A DNA stretch of 64,000 nucleotides from a virus (IMGVR_UViG_3300010163_001518:8671-72670), one strand, 5' to 3'; counted from the stretch's first letter, positions 9,379 through 19,029 are shown. The notes: generated from the letters alone by a model not told the origin. Made by a program: numbers and translations.

Positions 9379-10963
9379 GCTCGACCGCCCTCCCCTCGAG
9401 GTTGGCGTAGGTCATGACCTTTTGAAGCAGCTCCTCGACGTCGGTGACGTCCATCTCCTCGAAGACCTCCGCGACGGTGTCGGCGTCCTCCATCATCTCG
9501 CGGAGCTCCTCGAGGCTCCCGGCTTTCTCAATTAACTTGAGAACGGGGCCGAAGGCTTTTTTGAAGGTGCCCGCGCTTCTCTTGATGGCGGCGTCTGCAA
9601 GAAGATCGACGCGCTCTTGCGTTCCGTGCCCCGGTTCGGCCCCGGCCTTGAGGCTGATCGCGCCCATGGGCGGCGTCTGCTTGAAGGGGAGGCTCCCGAG
9701 CCCTGCGCTCGGTTGGGGCGGTTGGGCGATCTCCTCGTCGCCTTCCGGCTTCGGGATAGAGAACTTCTTGTAGATGTACGAGGTCGGGACTTTGAGCCCC
9801 ACCTTCTCGATGAGGGTGCCGATGATGTTCGCCGTCTGCTCGAGGTCTTCCGACTCCTCCGCGTCGAAGCGGATATAGGGGATGCGCTTGTCTTCCCCAA
9901 AGTTGAACAGGACGAGGGGGCGAATGAGGTCGCGCCGGAGTGTGGCGGCGAGAGCCTTGCAGTCGGCGACGGTGAGGTCGTGGCGGACGTCGTTGTGCGT
10001 CTTGCTCTGTGCGTAGCTGCCGCCGCCCGAGTCCGAGGTGAGGGTCTGCCCGAGGATGGCCTTGCTGATCTGCTCGTCGCAGTAGCGGGCGAGGCGCTCA
10101 TAGAGGTCGGTCGAGCTCGCCTTCTCGGTGTTCACGAAGTCGATCGTTGTGCCGTCCGGGAATATGCCCGCCGCGTCCGCGCCGATCTGCGCGAGGGCTT
10201 GCATGAGGGCCCGCTTGTCGTCCTCACTCGCGCCCGGCTGGTACTTGCCGAGGCGGAGCGGCATCCCGTAGACCTCGCAGAACGCGACCCAGTCCTTGAG
10301 GGTGTAATTCTTGAATAGGTACATCCAGGCGACCACGCGGAGGACTCCGGCCCGGGACGGGTGCCCGCTGCGGGCCTTGTAGCGGTGGAGGATGAACTTG
10401 TTCTTCGGGAGCTCTATCCCCTCGGGAGCTTCGTCCGTCCTGACCTTGAACTTGTCCTCGGTGTCCCAAAAGAACCGCTTTTGATGCCGGAAGCGGATGT
10501 CCCCGACGACGACGTGCCCCTCGTCATAGGCCCACATGATTTCACTGACCGAGAAGCCCTTGCCGACTGCGTCCAGGAGGTCGAGCATGATCTCCTCGAG
10601 CCCCTCGATGCCGTTGATCTGCGCCTCGACGAACTCCGCGATCTCCTTGTCCCTCTCGTCGTCGGAGTCGAAGGGGATGATCTCGAAGTCCAGGCCCGTG
10701 ACCGCGTTCTTCCGGGTCTGTAGCTGACTGAACAGGTGGGGGTCTTTCTCCTCCATCTCCTCAAAGAGCTCCGCTTGCCGGAGGATGTCGCCCGCGTCGG
10801 CCTCTTTGAATATCTCGGCGAGCCGGACAGGGGTGAGCCCGTTCGAGGGGTACTCACTGTATTTGTCCGTTACCTGGGCGACGGCGATCTCCCGGGTGTC
10901 CGGGCGATGCAGCGGGGGCGCTTGCTGCCGGTGTTGCCGTCGCTTGCTGTTCTTGCTTGCCAT
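9365..10963 (-). CDS. Portal protein (Mu gp29/DUF935-like)
   Basis: FCEVYGMPLRLGKY, ISKAILGQTLTS. Confidence 0.93.
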   Translation of the reverse strand: MASKNSKRRQHRQQAPPLHRPDTREIAVAQVTDKYSEYPSNGLTPVRLAEIFKEADAGDILRQAELFEEMEEKDPHLFSQLQTRKNAVTGLDFEIIPFDSDDERDKEIAEFVEAQINGIEGLEEIMLDLLDAVGKGFSVSEIMWAYDEGHVVVGDIRFRHQKRFFWDTEDKFKVRTDEAPEGIELPKNKFILHRYKARSGHPSRAGVLRVVAWMYLFKNYTLKDWVAFCEVYGMPLRLGKYQPGASEDDKRALMQALAQIGADAAGIFPDGTTIDFVNTEKASSTDLYERLARYCDEQISKAILGQTLTSDSGGGSYAQSKTHNDVRHDLTVADCKALAATLRRDLIRPLVLFNFGEDKRIPYIRFDAEESEDLEQTANIIGTLIEKVGLKVPTSYIYKKFSIPKPEGDEEIAQPPQPSAGLGSLPFKQTPPMGAISLKAGAEPGHGTQERVDLLADAAIKRSAGTFKKAFGPVLKLIEKAGSLEELREMMEDADTVAEVFEEMDVTDVEELLQKVMTYANLEGRAVEHGRH

Positions 10964-10975
10964 GGCCTCACCTCC

Positions 10976-12751
10976 TTAGTAGGCCCCGCGCCGGAAGCGG
11001 ACGGCGCGGCCTAATACTGATTTGTAGTCGACCTTCCGCCCGACTTTCACAGAGAGGGCCAGCGCGACCGCCATCTGCAAGGCGTCCGGCGCGTCGTCGT
11101 TCTTCCCCATGGGGTACTTGAGCATTTGGTCGATGAGGGTCTTGTGCTTCTTGCTGAATTTGATGTAGCCGTTCTTCACGAAGGGCTGCAAGCTCTGGAT
11201 GCGGGCGTCTTTGTTTTGGGTGCTGTTGATCTCCTCAATGGGGAGATACTCGCCACACTCCGCCGCCCGCTGCCGCATGATCTCGGCAAAGTAGTATTGA
11301 AACTGAACCGCCTCGACGCCGAACTTGTAGAAGGGCTTCTTGTATTCCCTCCGAAGTCTCCGGGAGTCGTCCAGGGCGTCGTCGATGATCTTGTCCGGCT
11401 TCCGTTTGGCGATGTCCGCGATCACGACGTAGAGGTAGCCCGTGGAGGTGTCCTTCGCGAGGCCGATGATCGCCGAGGTGTCGCTCTTGCGGTTCTTCCC
11501 CAGCGAGGGGTCGTTCGCCCCGATGAAGACGAACTTCGACTCGGAGAAGTCCGGGACGGTCTTCCCGTCGTCGTCGTAGTAGTCGAACCACTCCTCGGCG
11601 AAGGCGCAGTTCTCGGGGTCGATGGGTTCGTTCTGGATTTCAGAGGAGAAGGACGCCTCGCCCTCGGATATTCTCATAACCATGAGGGCATAGTAGGGGA
11701 GCTTCTCCTCCCACAAGACCGCCGTCCCTTCGAGCATGGTCTCCTTGTTTGCCTTGAAGAAGTCCTCGGCGTCCTGTTGGTGGGCCGGGTTCTCGAGGTC
11801 GGTGTAGATACGCTCCCATGCCTCCCATAGTTCCGTATGGGTGGCGAAGGAGATGACGCCCTTGTACCGGGCCGTCACATACTCGGGGTTCTTCGCCACG
11901 TTGGCGAGGAGCGCGTCGTAGTGGAGCAGCGTCCCGATGTAGACGATGTCCGTGTAGGTGTCGCCCGCCTTTGAGACTGCCTTGTAAAACCAGTCCCGGA
12001 GCTTCTTCCGCTGCTCGGGTGTGTTGACGTTCTCGTCGTTCTCAAGGTCGTCGCATAGGATGAGATCGGGACGCCATTGTTTGTGGCGTCGGCCTCTGAT
12101 CTTCTTCCCCGCGCCCAGCGCCTCGATCTTGACGCCGTTCGAGAGGAGGATGACCGACGCCTTCCAGACCCGGCCCTTGAGCTCGCCGAAGTCCTCCCGG
12201 AGCGCCGCGTTCTCCTCGAGCTCCGTCTTGAGGTCATTGAGGAAGCCCTCGGCCTGCTCGGAACTATCCGAGAGGATGATCTCGTAGTGCTTGTAGCCAT
12301 AGACGGAGGAGTGCAGCGAGTCCTTGAAGGTGAAGGTCGTCGACTTCGCGTGTCCACGAGGGGCCTCGACCGCCCTCCGGCATCCGTTCGCCCGGCTGAT
12401 CTCCTTCGCGTTGACGAGGGGGTTCATCCCCTTCATGACGCCCTCGCGGAAGATGCGGTCGAGCTCCTCGTGAAATGGGGGCGAGGGCCGGACGAAGTAG
12501 TGGGCGAGGTAGGCCCGCCCAAAGTAGCCGAGGTCGATCGCCCCGAGCTGCTTCCGTAGCCCCTGCGGGCCCGTGAGCGGGGCCCCGGCCCGGAAGTCCT
12601 TGAGGAGCTGCGCCCGGAGCTCGGGGAAGTTATCTCCGCGCTGAACGTATTCCTCGAATAGCTGCCGCTGGTATTCACTGTTTGCGACCGCTTCGCGGTC
12701 TTCCGGCTCCTCGAGCCGTTCGAGGTATTCCTCGAGGTCAATTTTCGGCAT
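10976..12751 (-). CDS. Terminase large subunit
   Basis: APRGHAKST Walker A, LILCDDLE Walker B, NDPS and DDAPDAL nuclease motifs; likely start MPKIDLEEY at 12751. Confidence 0.93.
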   Translation of the reverse strand: MPKIDLEEYLERLEEPEDREAVANSEYQRQLFEEYVQRGDNFPELRAQLLKDFRAGAPLTGPQGLRKQLGAIDLGYFGRAYLAHYFVRPSPPFHEELDRIFREGVMKGMNPLVNAKEISRANGCRRAVEAPRGHAKSTTFTFKDSLHSSVYGYKHYEIILSDSSEQAEGFLNDLKTELEENAALREDFGELKGRVWKASVILLSNGVKIEALGAGKKIRGRRHKQWRPDLILCDDLENDENVNTPEQRKKLRDWFYKAVSKAGDTYTDIVYIGTLLHYDALLANVAKNPEYVTARYKGVISFATHTELWEAWERIYTDLENPAHQQDAEDFFKANKETMLEGTAVLWEEKLPYYALMVMRISEGEASFSSEIQNEPIDPENCAFAEEWFDYYDDDGKTVPDFSESKFVFIGANDPSLGKNRKSDTSAIIGLAKDTSTGYLYVVIADIAKRKPDKIIDDALDDSRRLRREYKKPFYKFGVEAVQFQYYFAEIMRQRAAECGEYLPIEEINSTQNKDARIQSLQPFVKNGYIKFSKKHKTLIDQMLKYPMGKNDDAPDALQMAVALALSVKVGRKVDYKSVLGRAVRFRRGAY

Positions 12752-13310
12752 CTGTGAGCACCTTCTCCCTCGCCCTCGAGAGGACGTCGTGCAGCTCGCC
12801 CGCGAGCTCGGGGTGCTGTTTGATCGCCGCCATGAGCTCGGCCTCAAGTTGGTCGAAGGCGAGCTCGGCCTTCTTCTTCATTTCCTGCCGGACGCGCTTC
12901 TCATAGGTGGCGTTCCGGGACAGGGATGCAATAAGCCGCCCGGCCTTGTCGAGCGGCATCTCGGCGAAGTCGTCCTCCGCTGTGCTGACCCGCTGCATGA
13001 GGCCGTCCATGAGCACCATCGACGCCGCCTTCGTGTAGTCGAGGTCGGGGTGAGCTTCGACCGCCTGGGCGATCGCTTGGGTGCGCTGTAGGGTCTCGGC
13101 GACGCGCTGCGCCGCCTTCGTGCTGCGGATGGCGTAGCGCCCGATCGCCGACTTGCTGATCTCGTAGCCCTCCGACTTGAGCCACTCGGAGAGCTCCTCG
13201 TAGGTGTTGACCGTGTCCGCGAGTCGAAGGTCGAGCTCCGTCTTCACGTCGTCCGGGAGCCTGTCGACCGTCGAACTCACCCGCGTCCTCCGGCGCTCCC
13301 CCTTAGACAT
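12738..13310 (-). CDS. Small terminase-like protein (DUF3486/Mu gp27-like)
   Basis: STVDRLP, YEISKSAIGRY; directly upstream of large terminase. Confidence 0.8.
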   Translation of the reverse strand: MSKGERRRTRVSSTVDRLPDDVKTELDLRLADTVNTYEELSEWLKSEGYEISKSAIGRYAIRSTKAAQRVAETLQRTQAIAQAVEAHPDLDYTKAASMVLMDGLMQRVSTAEDDFAEMPLDKAGRLIASLSRNATYEKRVRQEMKKKAELAFDQLEAELMAAIKQHPELAGELHDVLSRAREKVLTDAEN

Positions 13311-13626
13311 CCACGCCCGGGTCGTCCGTCGTGCCTTCGACGAGATCGACCCCCGCCTTCGTGAGCTGAATGACGGCGTCCTTGCGGTAGGCGGTGTAGG
13401 CCGTGACCCGCTTGTCGGTGAACTCGATGTAGCCCCCGTCCGCGAGGTAGGAGAGCTGCTTCGAGATGTCGGGCACGGTGATGAGGTTGTCCGCGAGGAG
13501 GGCGTTCGTGATATGCCGGACGAGGAGCGAGTTGTTGCTCCCCTTCGCCAGGGCCCGGACGATGTAGCCCCGGATGGCCTTGTTCTGCTTGATCTCCTGC
13601 TCGGTGAGATCGTCGAAGATCGCCAT
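13303..13626 (-). CDS. Winged-helix-like protein (Mu gp26-like position)
   Basis: 107 aa, LSYLADGGYI...LTKAGVDLVEG. Confidence 0.65.
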   Translation of the reverse strand: MAIFDDLTEQEIKQNKAIRGYIVRALAKGSNNSLLVRHITNALLADNLITVPDISKQLSYLADGGYIEFTDKRVTAYTAYRKDAVIQLTKAGVDLVEGTTDDPGVDV

Positions 13627-13630
13627 TGTC

Positions 13631-13927
13631 TTATTCCTCCTTCCTCTCGCCCCTGTAGAGGAGCTTGTCGAGCTTGTGGTCGATGTTGTTGCTCACCCGG
13701 ATGAAGTCCTCCCGGGTGACGTAGATGAGCGGGAGGTCTGCCTTGAGGTCATTGAGATCGCGGGCGACCTTCGCGATCTCGTCGGCGTTTTCCTTGTCTC
13801 GAGCTTCGAGCTTCGTCATCGCCGTCTTGATCTCTCCGATCGCGTTCTTCACGCCCCATGAGGCGACCCCGATGATCGCCGTGATGATCGTCTGGAAGAC
13901 GAACATCGCAATAGTCGCGCCGTCCAT
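13631..13927 (-). CDS. Membrane-anchored coiled-coil protein (Mu gp25-like position)
   Basis: N-terminal TM; YVTREDF motif. Confidence 0.65.
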   Translation of the reverse strand: MDGATIAMFVFQTIITAIIGVASWGVKNAIGEIKTAMTKLEARDKENADEIAKVARDLNDLKADLPLIYVTREDFIRVSNNIDHKLDKLLYRGERKEE

Positions 13928-13939
13928 GGTGGCCCCCCT

Positions 13940-14452
13940 TTACTGCTCGGCGGCGGGCGCGGGCGTCTGTGTCCCCTCAATGCCCTCGAGCAGTTCCCCG
14001 GAGATGGTGAGATAGGGGTCGGCCCGCTTGACCTTGAGGACGGCGTCCTCGATGCACTTCGTCAAGTAGGCGTCGAAGCTGCCGAGGTTCTCGGTGATGA
14101 CCCGCTGGGCCTCCGGCGTGATCGCGGCCTTGACGTCATTGAAGACCTGACGACCGAGGGCAAGCAGCTCGTCGCGGTCTTTGACGCCCTGCTTCACGCC
14201 GTCCCTGATGGCCTGGGCCGTGGTCTGCTCCATGGCATTGACCGAGACCGTGGCGAGGTTGACGACGTCGTCGAGGGCGTCCTCGAGCACCTTCCGGGCC
14301 GACTCGTCCTCGATCTGCTTCGTCTGCGCCTTGACCCGGGCCCCGGCGAGCCGGATATAGTACACGGCGTAGGCGGCGGCGAGTCCGATCGCGGCGAGGA
14401 CGATGTTCGCGAGCGCGGTGCTCGCGGCGCTGGTGATGATCTCCATGTTCAT
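13940..14452 (-). CDS. Putative holin
   Basis: Single N-terminal TM; AVNAMEQ-like holin segment; first gene of late operon. Confidence 0.6.
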   Translation of the reverse strand: MNMEIITSAASTALANIVLAAIGLAAAYAVYYIRLAGARVKAQTKQIEDESARKVLEDALDDVVNLATVSVNAMEQTTAQAIRDGVKQGVKDRDELLALGRQVFNDVKAAITPEAQRVITENLGSFDAYLTKCIEDAVLKVKRADPYLTISGELLEGIEGTQTPAPAAEQ

Positions 14453-14473
14453 TTTCTACTGCCTCCTTACGGC

Positions 14474-14508
14474 AAAAAATAAGAGTATGAGCTATAGCTC
14501 ATACTCTT
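14474..14508 (-). terminator. Intrinsic terminator after mor
   Basis: AAGAGTATGAGC/GCTCATACTCTT stem followed by T-tract on minus strand. Confidence 0.7.
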
Positions 14509-14550
14509 GATTTTAGAGGCTGTTTTGTGAATGTTACATACGAAGCAGTT

Positions 14551-14892
14551 CTAAGAGTCGCCATCTCCGGCCTCGCCCGTCATGCCGTCCAGCAGCTCAA
14601 AAAGCTCGAGCTGCCCCTCTATCTTGCCGGGGCCGCATAGCTGCCTCACCCATCGCTCTGTAACGCCGTACTTCTTCGCGAGCTCCGGGTGATTGTAGCC
14701 GTTGAACTCGGCCTTGATGTGGGCGTCGCGGACGGGCCGGGTGAGGCTCTCGGGCTTCGGGATGTAGATAGTCGCCCCGCCGACTACTTCGGCGAGCCTG
14801 TAGAAGTTCTCCGGCCCGATCGCTTCGGCGATCTGCTTGTAGGGCCCCTCCGGGAGCATCTCGATTGTGAGCTCCTTGACGAGTCCGTCCAT
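14551..14892 (-). CDS. mor: Mor/C family transcription activator
   Basis: GGATIYIPK, EFNGYNHPELAKKYGVTERWVRQL. Confidence 0.9.
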   Translation of the reverse strand: MDGLVKELTIEMLPEGPYKQIAEAIGPENFYRLAEVVGGATIYIPKPESLTRPVRDAHIKAEFNGYNHPELAKKYGVTERWVRQLCGPGKIEGQLELFELLDGMTGEAGDGDS

Positions 14893-14914
14893 GCTGCGCC
14901 CTCCTTCCGCCGTG

Positions 14915-16270
14915 TTATATCCTGCCGAGGATGCCCAAAATCTCCCCTGCCGTCATGGTCTTGTCGAACCGGGTCTTCCAGTATTCCGGGGAGTTGATGA
15001 TGCCGCGCTCGACGAGGGCCTCGAAGCCCTCTTTCTGCCATGCCGGGGTGTTCTCGGGGTAGCCGTCGCTCTCGGGCTCGGGCTCCTCCGCCTCCGTGGC
15101 CTTGATCTGTTCCAGCAGCGCGACGATCTTCCCGCCGTAGCCCTTCCCCGGGACGGCCCAGCCGCGCCCCTGCGGGTTGTCCGACGCGCCCAGCCACTCG
15201 ACGAACTCGGAGCAGCCCCGGAGCACGAGGGAGAAGCGCGGGTCGATGCACTCATTGACGAGGGCGTCCGTCGTGGCGTATGCCTTGAGGTGCTGGATTT
15301 GCGCCCGGACGCCGGAGCGCGGGTCGGGGAAGCTCGCCGCCTGTCCGGCGCTGTTTCCGTTGAGGGCCCCGAGCCCTCCGTAGTTGTTCTGCGCCGGGAG
15401 GACGATGCCCCCGAACTTGAAGAAGCCTGTCTCGTGGAGGGATTGAGCGAAGGCCACGTCGCCCCGGACGCCCTCGGCCTCGCCTTCTGTGATGAACAGG
15501 CGGGCCAGCTCCTCGACGGTGCAGCTCGGGAGCCTGGGCTCCGGGTTCTTGCTCAAGCAGAACGCCGCCATCTGCCCGGCTGTCGCCTCGGCCTTCCCCA
15601 TGATCGGCGTCTTGCCCTCGGTGCTGGGCGCGGGGGCGGTGCTTCCGCTGATCTCGGCGAGCTTCGCGGCGACCTTCGCCTTGAACTGCTCCCAGTGGGG
15701 GAGGATGTAGAGAGGGCAGTTCTTCCGGGCTCCCTGGACGATCTTGTCGGGGTGTCCCATCCAGTGATTGTGTGTGTAGAGCTGCTCGATCGTGAGGCCG
15801 TACTTCTTCAAAAGGATGGCGGCGAGGAGGGCCCCGTTCTCCTCGGCCCCGAGGTCTTCCTTGCTCCCGGAGCCGTCCATGATGATCTCAATGGAGATCG
15901 TCGTCCCGTTGCCTGGGCCGTTGCTGCCGTCCCCGGCGTGCCATCCGACCTCTGTGTCCTCGAGGTTCTGCCATGCGTTGATGTCGTCGACGTAGTAGTG
16001 GACGCGGGCGTCGTTCATGTTGGCGTTGGGCCACGTCGCCCGGGTGTACTGCTCGGCGTCCTCCTCGACATTCTCGAGGTCGGTCGTGTTGTGGATGGTA
16101 ATGCCCGCGACCTTGCCCGTGCCCCCAGAGAGGCGCTTGTCGGCCTTGTACTTGTTCCCCTTCTTGTACTTCCCCGAGTCCTTGGGCCATACGGCCCCCC
16201 ACGGGATGATCTTCTGATTGATGACGAGGCCGTATTCCGTCCTCGTCGCGTCGGGTGTCAGTTTTGCCAT
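14915..16270 (-). CDS. Endolysin: amidase-2 plus glucosaminidase domains
   Basis: ITIHNT, VHYYVDD, GWHAGDG, HNHW; then AFAQSLHETG, QNNYGGL, GVRAQIQHL. Confidence 0.9.
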   Translation of the reverse strand: MAKLTPDATRTEYGLVINQKIIPWGAVWPKDSGKYKKGNKYKADKRLSGGTGKVAGITIHNTTDLENVEEDAEQYTRATWPNANMNDARVHYYVDDINAWQNLEDTEVGWHAGDGSNGPGNGTTISIEIIMDGSGSKEDLGAEENGALLAAILLKKYGLTIEQLYTHNHWMGHPDKIVQGARKNCPLYILPHWEQFKAKVAAKLAEISGSTAPAPSTEGKTPIMGKAEATAGQMAAFCLSKNPEPRLPSCTVEELARLFITEGEAEGVRGDVAFAQSLHETGFFKFGGIVLPAQNNYGGLGALNGNSAGQAASFPDPRSGVRAQIQHLKAYATTDALVNECIDPRFSLVLRGCSEFVEWLGASDNPQGRGWAVPGKGYGGKIVALLEQIKATEAEEPEPESDGYPENTPAWQKEGFEALVERGIINSPEYWKTRFDKTMTAGEILGILGRI

Positions 16271-16283
16271 GGTGTTTTACCTC

Positions 16284-16667
16284 CTATAGCTTCGTGATGG
16301 GGAGAATGACCTCGTCAATGAGCTCCCCGTAGGTGTACTGAACGCGGCCTTCTTCCTCAAGTTTTTTGAGAAAAGCGTTGTACTCGACCGCGAGCTTGAG
16401 CAGCTTGAAAACGCCGACCTCCTCCGACGAGACTTTCTCCATCTCCGGGCCCACCATGAAACCGATCGCCTTAATGAGTGAGACCTCGGCGAGGATGGGT
16501 TCGGACTTATAGAGGGTCTCAAACTCCGCCCAGGTCTCCCGGGCGAACTTCTTCCGATTGAGTCGGGGCTTGTTGGGAGGGATGAGCCCCTCCGCCTGGA
16601 ACATCTTCTTGAGGGCCGCTCTCTCGGCCTTCTCGCGCCGCGTGAGGCGCTTCTTTTGCTGTACCAT
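16284..16667 (-). CDS. Hypothetical protein
   Basis: 127 aa co-oriented ORF with basic N-terminus. Confidence 0.6.
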   Translation of the reverse strand: MVQQKKRLTRREKAERAALKKMFQAEGLIPPNKPRLNRKKFARETWAEFETLYKSEPILAEVSLIKAIGFMVGPEMEKVSSEEVGVFKLLKLAVEYNAFLKKLEEEGRVQYTYGELIDEVILPITKL

Positions 16668-16671
16668 GCAC

Positions 16672-16860
16672 TTATACCCTCCTCCGCCCGGACGGGCCTT
16701 GTGGGGCTCCGTAGCCCTCGACGTGGAGCTGCTCCGGGGCGTCCTCGGCGACGGAGATCACGCGGACGTCGCCCAGCGTCTCGAGGCGCATCGCGATGTC
16801 CTCCTTGACACCGATCGCGTGACCGGGCGGGGCGTTCACCTGGACGATGATCGTGAGCAC
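16672..16860 (-). CDS. Small conserved phage protein (homolog at 51571-51741)
   Basis: GTG start after GGAGG; VQVNAPPGHAIGVKEDIAM. Confidence 0.7.
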   Translation of the reverse strand: MLTIIVQVNAPPGHAIGVKEDIAMRLETLGDVRVISVAEDAPEQLHVEGYGAPQGPSGRRRV

Positions 16861-16861
16861 G

Positions 16862-17236
16862 TCACTCGCCTCCCTCCGGCTCGGGGTAGCCGTTCGGGCC
16901 GAGGAGCTCATAGCCCAGTTTGCCCCGGTAGACGTTCGCGGCCCTGATCGCCTGGGCAAAGGCCGCGTCGCTTGCCACGCTCGAGGCGATGTTTGCCCGG
17001 GCCTTCTCGGAGCCGTCGAACGCCGTCGCCCCCGGGATAGCTGCCACGGCGACCGGGTTGATCTCCGAGAGGCGGCGGGCGATGTTGCTCGGGAGGTTGC
17101 CATAATAGACCCGGAGGAAGACGAGCCCCGTCGTCACACACACGTCGAGCCCGCCCCGGATGGTGCGCTGCATCCGAACGATGCCTTCCAGCGCGGCGAG
17201 GACGGCGTCGTTGCCGCCTTGTGCTCCCGTGTTCAC
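16862..17236 (-). CDS. Hypothetical protein
   Basis: 124 aa co-oriented, overlaps stop of upstream gene. Confidence 0.6.
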   Translation of the reverse strand: MNTGAQGGNDAVLAALEGIVRMQRTIRGGLDVCVTTGLVFLRVYYGNLPSNIARRLSEINPVAVAAIPGATAFDGSEKARANIASSVASDAAFAQAIRAANVYRGKLGYELLGPNGYPEPEGGE

Positions 17237-17682
17237 TCTCGCCCCTCCTTCTGCTTCTGCCGGGCGAGGATGGCCTTGAGCCCCTCGATGACCTTCTCAC
17301 ACTGGGCCACGGTGAGCCATTCCAGGCGGTCGACGCCCGTCATGCGCTTCACGAAGCCCTGGATGCGCTGCGGGTTGTCATTCCACCCGAGGGCCTCGGT
17401 GAGGGCGTATATCTTCCGCCGCTGCTGGACGGTTCGGGCGTCGCCGCCCGTGTCGGTGCGCTTCGTGCGGACGTTGCCCGAGGCGCTGTCCTTCATGTTC
17501 TGCAAGACCCGGGCGACGGCGTTGATCTCGCCCTGCGAGAGCTTCTTGATGGACTCCTTGCCCGTCTCCCGGTAGACGACCGCGTGGAGGTCTTCTTCGG
17601 TGAGGGCGAGCTCGGGCGACTTCGCGATCGCCCAAAGGGTACGGATGGAGGCGGGCTTGCGGCCCGTCCGTGCTGCTGTCAT
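17233..17682 (-). CDS. GemA/Mu gp16-like protein (DUF1018)
   Basis: TGKESIKKLSQGEINAV; FVKRMTGVDRLEWLT..Q..KVIEGLK. Confidence 0.85.
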   Translation of the reverse strand: MTAARTGRKPASIRTLWAIAKSPELALTEEDLHAVVYRETGKESIKKLSQGEINAVARVLQNMKDSASGNVRTKRTDTGGDARTVQQRRKIYALTEALGWNDNPQRIQGFVKRMTGVDRLEWLTVAQCEKVIEGLKAILARQKQKEGRE

Positions 17683-17684
17683 AA

Positions 17685-18254
17685 TTACACCTCATTTCCC
17701 CATACATCCCACCCGGGGGAATAGCGGCGGGCAAAGAGCTCGAGGCGGGGAACGTCCCCGAACAGGGCCTCGATGCGCCGCCGAACCTCCTCCGGCTTCT
17801 CGCTGTGCCGCGTCCTCACGGCCTCGACGAGCTGCTGGACGTTGTTCTGTTGCTTGTGCTTTACCATGTGCCCCCGCGTCCCCATGAGGCAAAGCTCGCA
17901 GTTCTTGAGCGTCCAGGGGGCGAGGTTCGTGACATTCTTCCCGGTGACGGTCTTCTTGCTCCATACGAAGGCGACCGTTACATATCGGAAGCCCCACGCC
18001 TTGAAAAGCTCGAGGGCGTCCGGGAGGTGGGCGTCGGTGGCCCACATAAAGAGGGCCGCGTCTTCGTCGGCGAGGCGTCCGACGTCCAGCGCCTTGAGGT
18101 CGGCGGTCGTCATCGTGGGATAGACCGCCTCGAGGGGGACGAAGCCCGAGCCCCCGTTCCGGGGCTCGAAGGCTTCCTTGCTGCTGAACTTCCACGGCGG
18201 GTCGACGTAAATGACCCGGTACTTGCGGTTTGTCTCGAAGATGTCGACCCGCAT
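17685..18254 (-). CDS. MT-A70-family DNA adenine methyltransferase
   Basis: IYVDPPW, LFMWAT, WGFRY, HSEKP, RLELFAR, WDVWGNE. Confidence 0.92.
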   Translation of the reverse strand: MRVDIFETNRKYRVIYVDPPWKFSSKEAFEPRNGGSGFVPLEAVYPTMTTADLKALDVGRLADEDAALFMWATDAHLPDALELFKAWGFRYVTVAFVWSKKTVTGKNVTNLAPWTLKNCELCLMGTRGHMVKHKQQNNVQQLVEAVRTRHSEKPEEVRRRIEALFGDVPRLELFARRYSPGWDVWGNEV

Positions 18255-18272
18255 GAAGTCCGGCTCCCTCCT

Positions 18273-18794
18273 TTACTCGCCGTTCTTGATCTGCTCGAGC
18301 CGGGCGAGGTTGAGGTCGTAGCCGAAGACGTCCTTCTGCTTCCAGGTAGCCCCCACGGCGTTGACGGTGTCCTCGCCGTACTTCTTGAGGGCCTCCTTGC
18401 TGACCTCCTCCTTGACGACGATGCAGTCGGTCATCTGCCGGGCCTTGAGCTTGCGGATGATCTCCTCGAGCTTCTCCTTCGCCCGGGGGAGGGAGATCGA
18501 CGTCGAGAGGCGGAAGCCCACCTCTCCGAAGGTGAGGGCCCTCGACTTCGTCTTCCCCATCTCGTCGCGGTGCTCGGTGACGAACTCCTTGATCTCGCGC
18601 TCGAGGGCGGTGATGCGGTCATTATAGGGCTTGCTCTGCTGCTCGGCTACGAGCTGCGCTCCGACGACTTGCTTCTGCATCTCGCTCTGGATGTCGCCGA
18701 GGGCGATCGTCGCCTCTGCGATCTGCCGGAGGGCGTCGTTCACGTCCTCCCAGGAGTGGAGGCTCGGGGCCTCGATAACGCGCTTTCTTGCCAT
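18273..18794 (-). CDS. gam: Host-nuclease inhibitor Gam
   Basis: SWEDVNDALRQI, KSRALTFGEVGFR; likely start MARKRVIEAP at 18794. Confidence 0.88.
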   Translation of the reverse strand: MARKRVIEAPSLHSWEDVNDALRQIAEATIALGDIQSEMQKQVVGAQLVAEQQSKPYNDRITALEREIKEFVTEHRDEMGKTKSRALTFGEVGFRLSTSISLPRAKEKLEEIIRKLKARQMTDCIVVKEEVSKEALKKYGEDTVNAVGATWKQKDVFGYDLNLARLEQIKNGE

Positions 18795-19029
18795 GGTGTG
18801 ACTCCTTCCTTGTCGTTTGGTGAGTATCTGCCTCCTCCTCTGTGACCTCTCCGTCGTAGAGGAGGTAGGTGTCCGAGTAGAGCATATAGAGGCCCAGCGG
18901 GCCCACGAGGAGGGCGGCGGTCGCGTCGTTGTCTTCCGGCTCCGGCCCTCCATAGGAGGCCAGCAGCAGCATGAGCCACGCGATCGCGATGAGGGCGACG
19001 CCCATGAGCCGCTGTTTTCTCATTTTCAT
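18622..19029 (-). CDS. Small membrane protein
   Basis: Two hydrophobic N-terminal segments; tail overlaps gam. Confidence 0.5.
   Translation of the reverse strand: MKMRKQRLMGVALIAIAWLMLLLASYGGPEPEDNDATAALLVGPLGLYMLYSDTYLLYDGEVTEEEADTHQTTRKESHHGKKARYRGPEPPLLGGRERRPPADRRGDDRPRRHPERDAEASRRSAARSRAAEQAL

Noticed and set aside
16284-16667. 127-aa ORF as a toxin
   Set aside because: No RelE/ParE or other toxin motif visible and no adjacent antitoxin; left as hypothetical.
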